Assembly (NCBI GenBank): GCA_002269645.1 | Contig: NIVC01002913.1 | Span: 1-64,000, forward strand | Length of the DNA: 64,000 nt | From: Macrostomum lignano | Taxonomy: Eukaryota | Direction: 5' to 3' | Translations under genes and position numbers: made by a program | The notes under the pieces: model-generated | Told to the model about the DNA's origin: nothing | Databases searched by the model: none | Seen by the model: the letters and a program-made list of their open reading frames with translations, nothing else | In this document: positions 13,101 through 23,899 of the stretch, one piece after another | How positions within the stretch are numbered: position 1 is the first letter of the stretch | Layout of the letters: every line of letters begins with the position of its first letter

Positions 13101-14433
13101 CGAGATGTCAACCGAAGGTGTTCTTACTTGCTGGCGCACCAGTCTCAGTACCACACCTTTTAACGCCGATTATCAGCGTAGTAGCTCTATTTTTTTCGGA
13201 CCGGAAAATGCTACTCTTCGACTGCGAACTGTGATTGATGCTGTCAATGTCAATGGCGAGATTGTTGTCGCTTGCCAATCAGTCCGAAGATCTCTGCTTA
13301 TTCTTAAGTCAAGCGGCAATCACTTGCAAAATGACGAAAGCGGCAAGCTAAGTGGAAAAGAACACCCATTTTCAAAGGCCGCTGCTATTCGTATTGCTCC
13401 TACTGGAAACTACGCCGTCTTTACTTTCTCCAATGAAGTTGTTATCGCAAAAAGATTCAACGATGTCTGGACATTCGATTTCAAACCCATCAATGTTGAA
13501 ATTGTTGACATTGTCTTTCTGCCCAACTGTCAAGGTTTCATCGGATCGAACAGAAGCAACAAGCTTGTTGAGTTTCACGATTCTTTGTGCGTCAAACAAG
13601 TAGATTTGTCTCATAAGCAACTCTATTCTATTGATTCAGTTCAGCCGCTTGCCAATCCCGCCGCTCTATTGTTGTTTGATCGTGGCTGGAACTACTTATT
13701 GCCCGATTCTCTGTGCGTCAATGAGAATTTCGGAGGCTCTATTGGCGATCAACTTCAAGAAAGCCTACTGTGCTGCAACTTTTGTCCCGCTCTTAGTGGT
13801 TTCGTTGCCGGCGGAACAGACCTTGGAAGTTTGATTCTGTGGGAGGTGGCAGCTGATAATACGGCTAGCATTGTGGCAACGCGCAGCCGAATAGAGGATG
13901 AATCCCGCAATTGTCCATTGCGCTGCTTACAGTTTTCGCATCAAATTATCCAGGACTGTTACCTGTTGGCTGCCGCCTTTGACGACAATCGGTTTTCATT
14001 GTGGGCCCTACGAGATGGCCATCTGATCGATTTGGTAAATTGTCAGCCTGTGCAAATCGGCCTCCCACAGCAGCCAAGCAATATCGGCTGCATTGCTTGG
14101 ACTATGCACACAGATGAGGATGGGACGCGTCACCACAAGCTAATCATAGCGTCAGACTGTGTGCACGTGTGCTGCCTGCCCGAGCAGGAAATCCTCGGCG
14201 CGGCGAGATCAGCGCAGCAGACACCAGACTTGAAGCTTGGTACGGTGTCCTTGTACTCGCGTCAGAGTGTCAGCAAAGTTCACGTGCTCAACAATGGCCA
14301 AGATCTGCTGTTTGTTGATAATTCTCACACCGTATTTTGGATGCGCACTTTGCACTCGGAAGATGGAGCTGGACCGGCTAGACAGGAGTGTTCTGTGCCA
14401 TTGATTCCCTTCGGCGAATCCCAAGAATTGTGA
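10108..14433 (+). CDS. APAF1: Apoptotic protease-activating factor 1-like (CARD + NB-ARC + degenerate WD40 propellers), single exon, 1441 aa
   Basis: N-terminal CARD-like ~90 aa. Walker A GHGGAGKS, Walker B LIVLDDVW, CKGNPFIVSIFG (GxP motif) and LHDL (the MHD-equivalent of Apaf-1). A long beta-rich C-terminus follows. AATAAA at ~14611; splice-acceptor-like CAG at 10100 just before the ATG. Confidence 0.92.
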   Translation: MELRQKAALMALKGALVRDVNFHDIEDSLLSFGLISPEEKQIINRAGSTDRQTSTLVDILVDKNDVRTFDCLISSLEPTYDFLSKELANFRENPQIYLTKSTKDYEGVFIEGGIPITPVGNIELKYVAELKESLVKLSVRSDGGWILVKGHGGAGKSVVVSQAIRGKASDGSPIASYFFNRVFWFTIGNLRTDELESMLLAKMQNICIRLDPKLRASPPTSLDDAKNLFRKTMLEKYPCGLIVLDDVWEPKILRYFNVQARIVVTSRKADIFSKIQPGDAQRCMKISVDEGLPEELTSKLLTEIINSEVSPGQVSDSFNDEDMERVRRLHSKCKGNPFIVSIFGGLLRGRLSQFERYLKKFKTDLFKKVDLELGDYEYGSIIDAILVSIDDLDEEQKERYLHLSIFPEDTFLSAQFLSKYCWRNEDGNPLPVDDSLDVMEGFVRRSIATIEKYRPDEELLTLHDLIVSAMKSEYKEKRTSFNNQFVERVLSHRATVGSWMDVDSNDQMHYLAYNFVYHLVFSDAVPLDRKLSILRDFDFISWLCCRIGAENLTFVYQYSIKILTIDESARKSLTDFVEFFRSPILRIQATNLATRRSDSAVIQLALTLPEENSVRECAVEAAKKHRQFFCFYYWLNVDQTEEQIHNTFKVDSDVSTFALDRDCKHAVVASESSAVILDLKTGLRNFRVRKEDMACSSARGDAQDSIQIVSALFSPDNQSLLVLTEFALFRFKLPPSAFEVGVRPSPAAPLPSEKGSLHFPQGRPRSGTTGKSPLELTPNEPVYNEEEKENSFFTAMCFESDAKLLVGSSDGNIKVFTLADQVTNLSSEFDIDQNIPAGAQSQINHIAASQSMYSTSIAVSGPNDCVYVYKSRFDIKKYSGHAKNSNPIRCAFEPRPEPRFAASIANNEIHLWHPKTQQRLVREFGPKSTSFTSIAISSEGVYIAVGTSTRAHIYLYRVENLTESSCRLQLVDELNGSGSYTKCLAFQTSEKSFLYSMSEMSTEGVLTCWRTSLSTTPFNADYQRSSSIFFGPENATLRLRTVIDAVNVNGEIVVACQSVRRSLLILKSSGNHLQNDESGKLSGKEHPFSKAAAIRIAPTGNYAVFTFSNEVVIAKRFNDVWTFDFKPINVEIVDIVFLPNCQGFIGSNRSNKLVEFHDSLCVKQVDLSHKQLYSIDSVQPLANPAALLLFDRGWNYLLPDSLCVNENFGGSIGDQLQESLLCCNFCPALSGFVAGGTDLGSLILWEVAADNTASIVATRSRIEDESRNCPLRCLQFSHQIIQDCYLLAAAFDDNRFSLWALRDGHLIDLVNCQPVQIGLPQQPSNIGCIAWTMHTDEDGTRHHKLIIASDCVHVCCLPEQEILGAARSAQQTPDLKLGTVSLYSRQSVSKVHVLNNGQDLLFVDNSHTVFWMRTLHSEDGAGPARQECSVPLIPFGESQEL

Positions 14434-16325
14434 CAGGTTTCGGTTGCATGAGTTATTAACCTTTTCGGTGGTATGCGATGCCGGGCCTTTGTATTACCCA
14501 TGGCTGCATGTTAATTTTTGTTGTATACTCTCCCGCCATATGCCTAACTAAATGTTGCCATTAAATTGCTTAAAATTGATTGCGCGATCTGCTAATATGA
14601 AAATGAAATCTAATAAAACGTTAGCGCATAAGAACAATGCTTGTAAATGAGATCTGGACGTTTGGAAATGTTGCCACTAATTAAGAGTTGTTAAACGGGG
14701 GTGGAGAGCTAGGCTCACCTCAGATCAGCTCAGGGAAGGGCTCTGTCGCGGGATCTATAACGGCAATTCTACCAGGGGCATAAAGCCCGGGTAGCCAGTA
14801 TTGGGGCTTAGCGGACTTGCCCTAGCAGAGCTCAGAGCTCAACTAATGTTGGGGACACCGAGGACCCTCCAGTAGAATCAGGTGGACGGATGCAAAGACG
14901 GCCCCCAGGCCACCCAACAACAACATAACAGCACCAAAAAGTAAAAGGACGCCGGGCTCAGCCGGTTTTCCCCGATTCGGGACGGACCCTTCCCAGGACT
15001 ATACTCAATCTACAGTCAGTGATGAGAGCAGAGACACAAAAGCAGGGAGACAACCAGAGGAGACAGCAGGGGGGACCAAGGGATCGGATGGAATACCAAA
15101 TAGCAGAGATCTACTCCAAATTTTGGGTTGGCTCATGACCAAAGATAAAACCAATAAAAGAAGGGGAGTTCGAGCATTCATTTTAAGACACTGCCAATCA
15201 TATTCAATGCTTCTACTTTCGTCTATGGTCAAAACAGTCTATGGTGCTTGGCCATACACGCAGTTCAATTTAGACAAGTCATGCCAGCCGTGTAAATGGA
15301 ACTGGAGAGGCCACCAGACTAAATCAATCTAGAATTGGCGCTCCATGGTACTGCAAAGAATCGTGGAGTCAGGCGTGGGGATGTCATATCTGATTGAGCA
15401 CATGTGGTCTGACAGTTTAGTCACAGTCTGTGTCACAAAATAAACAACTTTTGTCTAATGGCTCTGAGTTTCAAGTCTGAATTGAAGTACAACACGGTTT
15501 TGCCCATAGCCAATCGTCGAAGCATTGTGTCGACTATGATTGGCCGCGTCTTAAATATGCTTGAAAAAATATAAATGCTACATCATCCACTTTTAATTTA
15601 AAAAGTGTATTAATTTTACATGTATATTTTTATAAATCTTATTTAATGAAATAATTTTAAATGGCGTGCAAATATTAACAGTTATTATAATCTACAGCGG
15701 TATTGTTGCGAACTAGTCTAATACGAGCTAAATCGATTTTCATTAACCCAGTGCAAAATCTGTTGATTGTTGATTCAGAATTGTTACGTACGCTGTTGCA
15801 TTGCTCATTTTTTATACTAAAATTTTGCCAAAAATTTTACTCTCCCCCCCCCCTAATGCTGTTATTAAAATCTTTACTCACAAATAATCAATATTGCTTT
15901 GTTTTGCCTTTTTCACGTTTAATTAAATCTGTAGTGCCTGCTTCAGCACTGTTTTTAATGCTTTAATTGTTATTGGCATATGAACTTTATAATTTTTTCC
16001 TAGCTTTTACTGTTGTTGTCCCCCCGTATTGATTATTGTAGCGCTTCGATCATTAACTATATCATTCTGCGCGAATGAGTGACTGGTGCCTAATAAAACA
16101 GTGCTAAAACATTTGAAATTAAATTGAGTAAATTTTACCGCTGGCTTATTTAGTTATTTAAGAACTTCTTAACAAAAATGCTAATTGTTGCAGTAATGTT
16201 TTGAGTGCTTCATTTTTTGTGTGGGTAGACTTTATGTAGATTTGTGTTAATAGATTGTTTTAGATTTGTCGGTAGATTCTGTATAGATTAGATATATGTA
16301 TATTCTTCTAAACTGTAGAATCATG

Positions 16326-17034
16326 TGAGTAGATCCTCCTGTAGATTGGATGTGGGTAGATTCTAATGTAGAATGGATATGGGTAGATTCTCATGTAGAA
16401 TGGATATGGGTAGATTCTCCTGTAGATTGGATGTGGGTAGATTCTCATGTAGAATGGATATGGGTAGATTCTCATGTAGAATGGATATGGGTAGATTCTC
16501 ATGTAGAATGGATATGGGTTGATCCTCCTGTAGATTGGATGTGGGTAGATTCTCATGTAGAATGGATATGGGTAGATTCTCATGTAGAATGGATATGGGT
16601 AGATTCTCATGTAGATTGGATGTGGGTAGATTCTCATGTAGAATGGATATGGGTAGATTCTCATGTAGAATGGATATGGGTAGATTCTCATGTAGATTGG
16701 ATGTGGGTAGATTCTCATGTAGAATGGATATGGGTAGATTCTCATGTAGAATGGATATGGGTAGAGTCTCATGTAGATTGGATGTGGGTAGATTCTCATG
16801 TAGAATGTATATGGCTAGATTCTCATGTAGAATGGATATGGGTAGATTCTCATGTAGATTGGATGTGGGTAGATTCTCATGTAGAATGGATATGGGTAGA
16901 TTCTCATGTAGATTGGATGTGGGTAGATTCTCATGTAGATTGGATATGGGTAGATTCTCCTGTAGATTGGATGTGGGTAGATTCTCCTGTAGATTGGATA
17001 TGAGTAGATTCTCCTATAGAATGGATATGGGTAG
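16326..17034. repeat. 27-bp minisatellite (GTAGATTCTCATGTAGAATGGATATGG), left part
   Basis: About 26 tandem units. The array resumes after the LTR element. Confidence 0.95.
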
Positions 17035-17209
17035 TGTAGTGTACGCTCTGCGCGGTAATAATGTACTTGGCTTGGTCGATGAACTAACTCGTAGCAATAC
17101 TCTTATTACGCAATGCTCTTGTGCCTATAAATATATTGAATTGAGCAGTCGGCTCATTTAAGTGCATCGTTTCTCTCGCCAAACTAAATAGCTAGTCTGA
17201 GTCATTACA
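17035..17209 (+). repeat. 5' LTR
   Basis: TG...CA termini, TATAAATA inside, followed directly by the PBS. Confidence 0.95.
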
Positions 17210-17231
17210 TGGCGTCGCAAGCAAACTCTCA

Positions 17232-19904
17232 GTGAGGCCAACCCCCCGCGCACTGATAACGACCGGTGATTCGGCAAATATGGCACAGGCCCTGCAACTC
17301 GCGGCACCAGACGCCTTTGACCTCGAAGGCGATCCTCTGACAAGAGCTCAGCGATGGAAAACCTGGACGCGAAGGTTCAACAGCTACATACGCGCAGCTG
17401 GCATCACAGATGCGACACAGCAGCTGGAGCTCTTAGTTTACACTGCGGGCGAGAAGCTGGAAGACTTCATGGACGATAGCGGCGTCAAGAAAGGAGAGTC
17501 CGCGGAGGAGCTCATCAAAGAGTTGCATGGTATCTTCGACCAAAAGAACAGCGTTGTCTTCCTCAGGTACCAGTTTGAAATATGCCGGCAGGAGGAAGGA
17601 GAGTCAATTGAGGCCTGGTATCATCGGCTACGCAAGGCTGCGGACCAATGCACATTCGGCGAACTCCGAGACTCGCTCATCAGGGACAAGATCGTGGCTC
17701 ATTACCGGTCCGAGAGGATCAGGAGGGAACTCCTGCAGCTCAACGATGTCTCCTTAGACGACGTTTTGAAGCGAATCCGAGCGAGGGAGGCAGCGGAGCA
17801 GCAGGCCCAGGCCATGGAGATCGGCGCCGCAGCCGACACGGGCCATCCTTCCGCTTCGAATGTGGCGGCGCTGCGTCCACCTCGTAACCGACCATCCCAT
17901 ACAACCAGGCCGGCTGCCGCGGCAAGAGACAGCGGCATCAACTGCGATCGCTGCGGGCGACCAGGACATCAGACGTGCGAGGCAGCCCGTAACAAGGCGT
18001 GTCGACGCTGCGGAAAGATGGGTCATTTCGCTCGGGCGTGTCGAGGAGCAGCTAAAGTCCCTCTGAGGACCGTTGACGAGCCGCAGGAGGAGGCTCCGCC
18101 GGGTCGAGTCGAATATCTGCAAGACGACCCCATCGAGCACGAGCTATTCACCCTGAGGAACTACGGCTCTACTTGGACGCCTGCGACAATTAACGGGCTC
18201 AAGACAAAGGTGCTCATCGACAGCGGCGCGGCCTGCAACATCATCGACAGGGCGGCCTACGACAGGATGCCGCAAAAAGCCGCGCTGCAGCCCGCCAGCG
18301 ACAAGGTCTACCCATACGGAAGCCAAGAGCCGCTGAGATTGCTGGGCAAGGCAGACCTGCATGTCAGCGTGTTCGAGATCCACGAGACACTACCGTTCTT
18401 GGTGCTCGACGGTGAGGGCGCTTGCATCATTGGCCGGAGAAGCGCTGAAAGACTTCAGATTCTGCGAGTCGGCCCGGAGAACAAGGTGGCATGCCAGATG
18501 CGTCCGTCTCCCGAGGTCTCGCTAGACAGCATGCTAACAGGGATCCCAAAGGACGTCCTACATGCGCCGGGGGCACCGGCCCTGCACGAACTCCTAACGG
18601 AGAACGCACTAGTCTTCAGCGGAATCGGCAGGCTCAAAAACTATGCCGCCCGCATCTTCCTGGAGGAGGGAGCCAGGCCGGTCTGTCATCCCCCATCAAG
18701 GGTGCCAATACATCTCGCACAGGCAGTCGACGCCGAGCTGCAGTGCCTCGAGGACCAAGGCATCATCGAGCCGGTGGAAGGCCCCTGTCCGTGGGTAGCC
18801 CGCATCGTCGTCGTGCCCAAGCAGACTCCAGGCGAGATCAGGATTACGCAGGACTTGAGAGACCTGAACAAGTCGGTCATTAGAGAGCGGCATCTCATCC
18901 CGACATTCGAGGAGGTGACGGGAGACATGGCAGGAGCGCAGCTATTCTCAGAGCTCGACATCGCGAAGGCATTTTATCAAATCCCAGTCGCCGACGAATG
19001 CCGCCATCTTCTGACTTTTTCGACACCACGAGGCCTGCGGCGGCTGACACGGCTCTGTATGGGACTGTCTACGGCCCAGGAAATTCTCTAGGCGGTCATG
19101 TCATCCGTGCTAGCTGGACTCCCGAAAGTAAAATGGATTCACGACGACATCATCGTGTATGGGCACAGCGTGGCGGAGCACCACATCAACCTGCAGGCAT
19201 GTCTGCGACGACTGGCACAGCACGGGCTGACGCTGAATCCGTTAAAATGCAAGCTCGCCCGTACTGAGGTCACGTTTATGGGGATGCAGCTGTCCAGTGA
19301 AGGTGTCAGACCAACCCAGTCCAAGTTGGAAGCCATCCACGCATTTGCCGAGCCAAAGACCGCCACAGAGGTGCGCTCGTTCCTAGGCCTGGTCAACTAT
19401 CTGGCCTCATTCACCCCCGGGCTGGCGGATGTAGCGAGGCCACTGCGCAATCTGACTAGTAAAGGCGAGCCCTGGGCATGGACCGACCTCGAGAAACGAG
19501 CTTTTGACGACGTGAAGACCCGGATTGCGACCAGCGGCACCCTCGCCTTCTTCAACCACCGCCTAGCGACGCAACTCATCGTCGACGCCGGCCCAGCGGG
19601 CCTGGGCGCGATCCTAACGCAGACGCAAGCGGACGGCACCAACCGGCCTGTCGCGTACGCCAGCCGGACGCTATCCGATGTTGAGCAGCGCTACTCCCAG
19701 ACTGAGGAGGCGCTGGCCGTCAAATACGGCTGCTTGAAATTTCAGTACTATCTGCACGGCGCTCCGACATTTACGGTGGTGACAGACCACAAGCCGCTCA
19801 TCGCATTGTTCAGCAGTGGCTCAAGGCCTCCCCCGAGGATCGAAAGAATTGCGCTGCGACCACACCCCCGAGAGGCCAAGGTGAAAGTGAACTATAGGGT
19901 TTAA
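17232..19904 (+). pseudogene. gag-pol (capsid, two zinc knuckles, protease, RT, RNase H); premature stop at 19089-19091; integrase deleted
   Basis: CxxCxxxxH knuckles (CDRCGRPGH, CRRCGKMGHFARAC), protease LIDSGA, RT LDIAKAFYQ and WIHDDII, RNase H VDAGPAGLGAIL..YASRTL..TDHKPL. ORFs 17232-19091 and 19098-19904 share a frame across a TAG. After IERIALR the sequence jumps to a C-terminal-like PHPREAKVKVNYRV; no HHCC or DDE integrase motif is present. Confidence 0.9.
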
Positions 19905-20133
19905 CTATAACTCGCGCTTGGCAGACTGACGCTAATATCTTGTTTGATTTTGCTTTTGCGTCTTGAGATTGCGGATAGAAAATTGTTCATTCTCCAGCTA
20001 AGGCATTACATGTACAATCAGTAACATTTTCTGTATTGATGTTTCTTCTTTGCAAGATTTTACTCGTATTTGTGGTAATTTTCAGTTTTTAAAAAACCTT
20101 TTGCAGTAAAACTTAATCCAAAATGAGGAGAGA

Positions 20134-20308
20134 TGTAGTGTACGCTCTGCGCGGTAATAATGTACTTGGCTTGGTCGATGAACTAACTCGTAGCAATACT
20201 CTTATTACGCAATGCTCTCGTGCCTATAAATATATTGAATTGAGCAGTCGGCTCATTTAAGTGCATCGTTTCTCTCGCCAAACTAAATAGCTAGTCTGAG
20301 TCATTACA
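20134..20308 (+). repeat. 3' LTR
   Basis: 174/175 identical to the 5' LTR. Confidence 0.95.
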
Positions 20309-20476
20309 GGTAGATTCTCCTATAGAATGGATATGGGTAGATTCTCCTGTAGAATGGATATGGGTAGATTCTCCTGTAGAATGGATATGGGTAGATTCTC
20401 CTATAGATTCGTATGGGCAGATTCTTCTGTAGATTAAATGAAGGTAGATTCTCATGTAGATTGTATGTGGGTAGAT
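20309..20476. repeat. 27-bp minisatellite, right part
   Basis: Same unit as 16326-17034, decaying rightwards. Confidence 0.9.
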
Positions 20477-20582
20477 TTCGCTGAGTAGGGATCGATATTA
20501 TCGAGGCCTATTTCAGTCTATTGACATGGGTGGTAATGAAGCCCAGCCATTGCAATATTACTGATGCCTCGATCACAATCAG

Positions 20583-20834
20583 TTTCACTGCAGCAGAAGT
20601 GGCGGCGCTATCGCTCGCTGCCTGCGCCAGGCGCTGGCGTCAAATCATCCGCGCCGATGCAAATCAATAGTCAGGCGGCGTATCGAGCGCGCCACTACGG
20701 AATTCGATTTGACCGCCGGTCGCCGGTCGACGTCGGCCAGGCAGCGGCTGTACGCCTGCGGCTGGCCGGTGACCGGCGCCCTGGGCATCGCCCGGTTCGC
20801 CCAGCCCACGCCAGGCAGGCCGCTGCGTGAACAG
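20583..20834 (+). CDS. RCC1L: RCC1-like mitochondrial protein (WBSCR16/RCC1L), coding exon 1 (5' boundary inferred)
   Basis: A frame not reported in the ORF track reads FHCSRSGGAIARCLRQALAS...RQRLYACGWPVTGALGIARFAQPTPGRPLREQ and resembles the RCC1L N-terminus (RVFVWGFSFSGALG). Phase-0 donor CAG|GTCGGT at 20834/20835; acceptor CAG at 20580-20582. Confidence 0.7.
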
Positions 20835-20875
20835 GTCGGTTAAATCTCTGACTGCTGAACCCTGTCAGGTAGTAA

Positions 20876-21607
20876 TCCCTCCTGACACATACTGATCCCT
20901 TCTGACACATGCTGATTCCTCCTGATACATGCTGATCCCTCCTGACACATGCTGATCCCTCCTGACACATGCTGATTCCTCCTGACACATGCTGATCCCT
21001 CCTGACACATACTGATCCCTTCTGACACATGCTGATCCCTCCTGACACATGCTGATCCCTCCTGACACATGCTGATCCCTCCTGACACATGCTGATCTCT
21101 TCTGACGCATGCTGATCTCTTCTGACACATGCTGGTCCCTTCTGACACATGCTGGTCCTTCCTGACACACACTGCTCTTTCCTGACACATGCTGGTCCTT
21201 CCTGACACACACTGCTCTTTCCTGACACATGCTGATCCCTCCTGACACATGCTGATCCCTACTGACACATGCTGATCCCTTCTGACACATGCTGATCCCT
21301 CCTGACACATGCTGGTCCCTTCTGACCCATGCTGATCCCTCCTGACACATGCTGATCCCTACTGACACATGCTGATCCCTTCTGACACATGCTGATCCCT
21401 CCTGACTCATGCTGGTCCCTTCTGACCCATGCTGATCCCTCCTGACACATGCTGATCCCTCCTGACACATGCTGATCCCTCCTGACACATGCTGATCCCT
21501 ACTGACACATGCTGATCCCTCCTGACACATGCTGATCCCTTTCTGACATGCTGATCCCTTTCTGACACATGCTAATTCCTCCTGACACATGCTGATCCCT
21601 CCTGACA
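20876..21607. repeat. 20-bp intronic minisatellite (CCTGACACATGCTGATCCCT)
   Basis: About 36 tandem units filling RCC1L intron 1. Confidence 0.95.
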
Positions 21608-21718
21608 ATTAGTGATTTCTTTTGACATGGCCAGCCGGTTTTTGTGTTAAATTTGAGCCTTCGAAAAACCCTGGTCGTTCTACTGACATTAGCTCCGCCC
21701 TCGCCACCCACCGCGCAG

Positions 21719-22459
21719 GTGCTGGCCCCCGCCCGTCTAGCCGAATTGTCGTCTCGCGGCCTCAGCGTCGTAGATGGCGCCGCCGGCTACGGCTTCACTC
21801 TGCTGGCCTGCCGCCGCGGCGCCAACCGCGGCATCCTGATGGCCTGCGGCGCCAATAACGACGGCCAGTTGGGGCCGCTGCAAACCAGAGTCTCCGACGG
21901 CGCCGACCCCGCCCAGGACATATTATTGTCGTCGTCATTAAACTCGTCGTCTTCAGGCGTCGCCAGGCACCGTCTGGTGCTCCGGCCTACTCAGGTCCGC
22001 CTTCCGGTGCACCCGGCCGAGCTGGCGTCCGGCCGGTGCCGCCTGCTGCGCTTGTCGGCCGGCCGGGCGCACTCCCTGCTGGTGACCAGTCACGGCGCCT
22101 ACGCATTCGGCAACAATGCCTTCGGACAGTGCGGCCGGCCGGCCGGCGGCGAATCCGCTGCCGTGGCCAGGCTGGCGCTGCCCTGCCCGCCCGAGTCTGT
22201 GCAGCGGCTGGTCTGCGGCCAGGACAGCACCTACCTGCTGACTGCCGACGGCCGAGTCTACAGCTGCGGCCTCGGCGCCGACGGCCAGCTCGGCTTGGGC
22301 GGCTTCGACAACTCCGACCGATTTCAGCTGGTTGACGTCGGCGCCCCGGTGGCCGATCTGGCCTGCCGAGCCGACACCGTGCTGGCGCTGGGCGAGGACG
22401 GCTGCGTCTACGGCTGGGGCAACTCCGAGTACGGACAGCTGGGCACCGATGCGCTGCAG
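21719..22459 (+). CDS. RCC1L: RCC1L coding exon 2 (RCC1 repeats)
   Basis: [77 protein letters not shown] and [12 protein letters not shown]. Branch-point-like TACTGAC at 21681, acceptor CAG at 21716-21718, phase-0 donor at 22460. Confidence 0.9.
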
Positions 22460-22486
22460 GTCAGCTTGGAGTCTGACTGACACTGT

Positions 22487-22500
22487 GAGACAGACAGACC

Positions 22501-22585
<85 letters not shown>

Positions 22586-22678
22586 CACAGACAGATAGAC
22601 ACACAGACAGACAGACAGACAGACCAGACAGACAGGCAGACAGACAAACAGGCAGACAGACAGACAGACAGACAGATG

Positions 22679-22722
<44 letters not shown>

Positions 22723-22794
22723 GTCAGTCAGAAAGACAGACAGACACACAGACAGATAGACACACAGACAGACAGACAGACAGACAGACAGACC

Positions 22795-22843
<49 letters not shown>

Positions 22844-22850
22844 GTCAGAA

Positions 22851-22885
<35 letters not shown>

Positions 22886-22887
22886 TG

Positions 22888-22955
<68 letters not shown>

Positions 22956-23146
22956 GTCAGACAAACAGACAGACAGTCAGACAGACAGACAGAGACAGAC
23001 AGACACCAAGACAGACACTAAGACAGACATCAAGACAGACACCAAGACAGACACTAAGACAGACACCAAGACAGACACCAAGACAGACACCAAGACAGAC
23101 ACAGACAGACACCAAGACAGACACCAAGACAGACACCAAGACAGAC

Positions 23147-23195
<49 letters not shown>

Positions 23196-23354
23196 TGGAC
23201 AGACAGACAGACAGACAGATGGACAGACAGACAGACAGACAGATGGACAGACAGACAGACAGACACACATACAGACAGACAGACAGACACACAGACAGAT
23301 AGACACACAGACAGACAGACAGACAGACAGACCAGACAGACAGGCAGACAGATG

Positions 23355-23391
<37 letters not shown>

Positions 23392-23454
23392 TCAGAAAGA
23401 CAGACAGACAGACAGACAGACAGACCGACAGACAGACAGACAGACAGACAGATG

Positions 23455-23526
<72 letters not shown>

Positions 23527-23701
23527 GTCAGACAAACAGACAGACAGTCAGACAGACAGACAGAGACAGAGACAGACAGACACCAAGACAGACACTAAGA
23601 CAGACATCAAGACAGACACCAAGACAGACACCAAGACAGACACCAAGACAGACACCAAGACAGACAAACAGACAGACAGTCAGAAAGACAGACAGACAGT
23701 C

Positions 23702-23736
<35 letters not shown>

Positions 23737-23862
23737 GACAGACAGACAGACACCAAGACAGACACTAAGACAGACACCAAGACAGACACCAAGACAGACA
23801 CTAAGACAGACACCAAGACAGACACCAAGACAGACACCAAAACAGACACAGACAGACACTAA
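22487..23862. repeat. (CAGA)n microsatellite with CAGACACCAAGA 12-mer blocks
   Basis: About 1.4 kb filling RCC1L intron 2. Confidence 0.95.
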
Positions 23863-23899
23863 GACATTAAGTAATGGCAACAACAATGCAATGCGGCAG

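Larger units (their letters stand above)
17035..20308 (+). mobile_element. Gypsy/Ty3 LTR retrotransposon (Mag-like), internally deleted, 3274 bp
   Basis: 175-bp LTRs (TGT...ACA) at 17035-17209 and 20134-20308 differ at one base. 5-bp TSD GGTAG at 17030-17034 and 20309-20313. PBS-like TGGCGTCGC at 17210; polypurine tract AAAATGAGGAGAGA at 20120-20133. Confidence 0.95.

Noticed and set aside
16308-17161. Long repetitive ORFs (WVDSHVEWI, MRIYPYPFY)
   Set aside because: These are translations of a 27-bp minisatellite that is open in several frames on both strands.
17527-19642. Many overlapping and antisense ORFs in the LTR element
   Set aside because: They are shadow ORFs of GC-rich gag-pol coding sequence.
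20564-20830. 88-aa ORF MPRSQSVSLQ...
   Set aside because: It overlaps RCC1L exon 1 in a different frame. The RCC1L-like motif and the in-phase donor belong to the other frame.
22408-23886. QTDR / CLSV repeat ORFs
   Set aside because: These come from the (CAGA)n microsatellite inside an intron.
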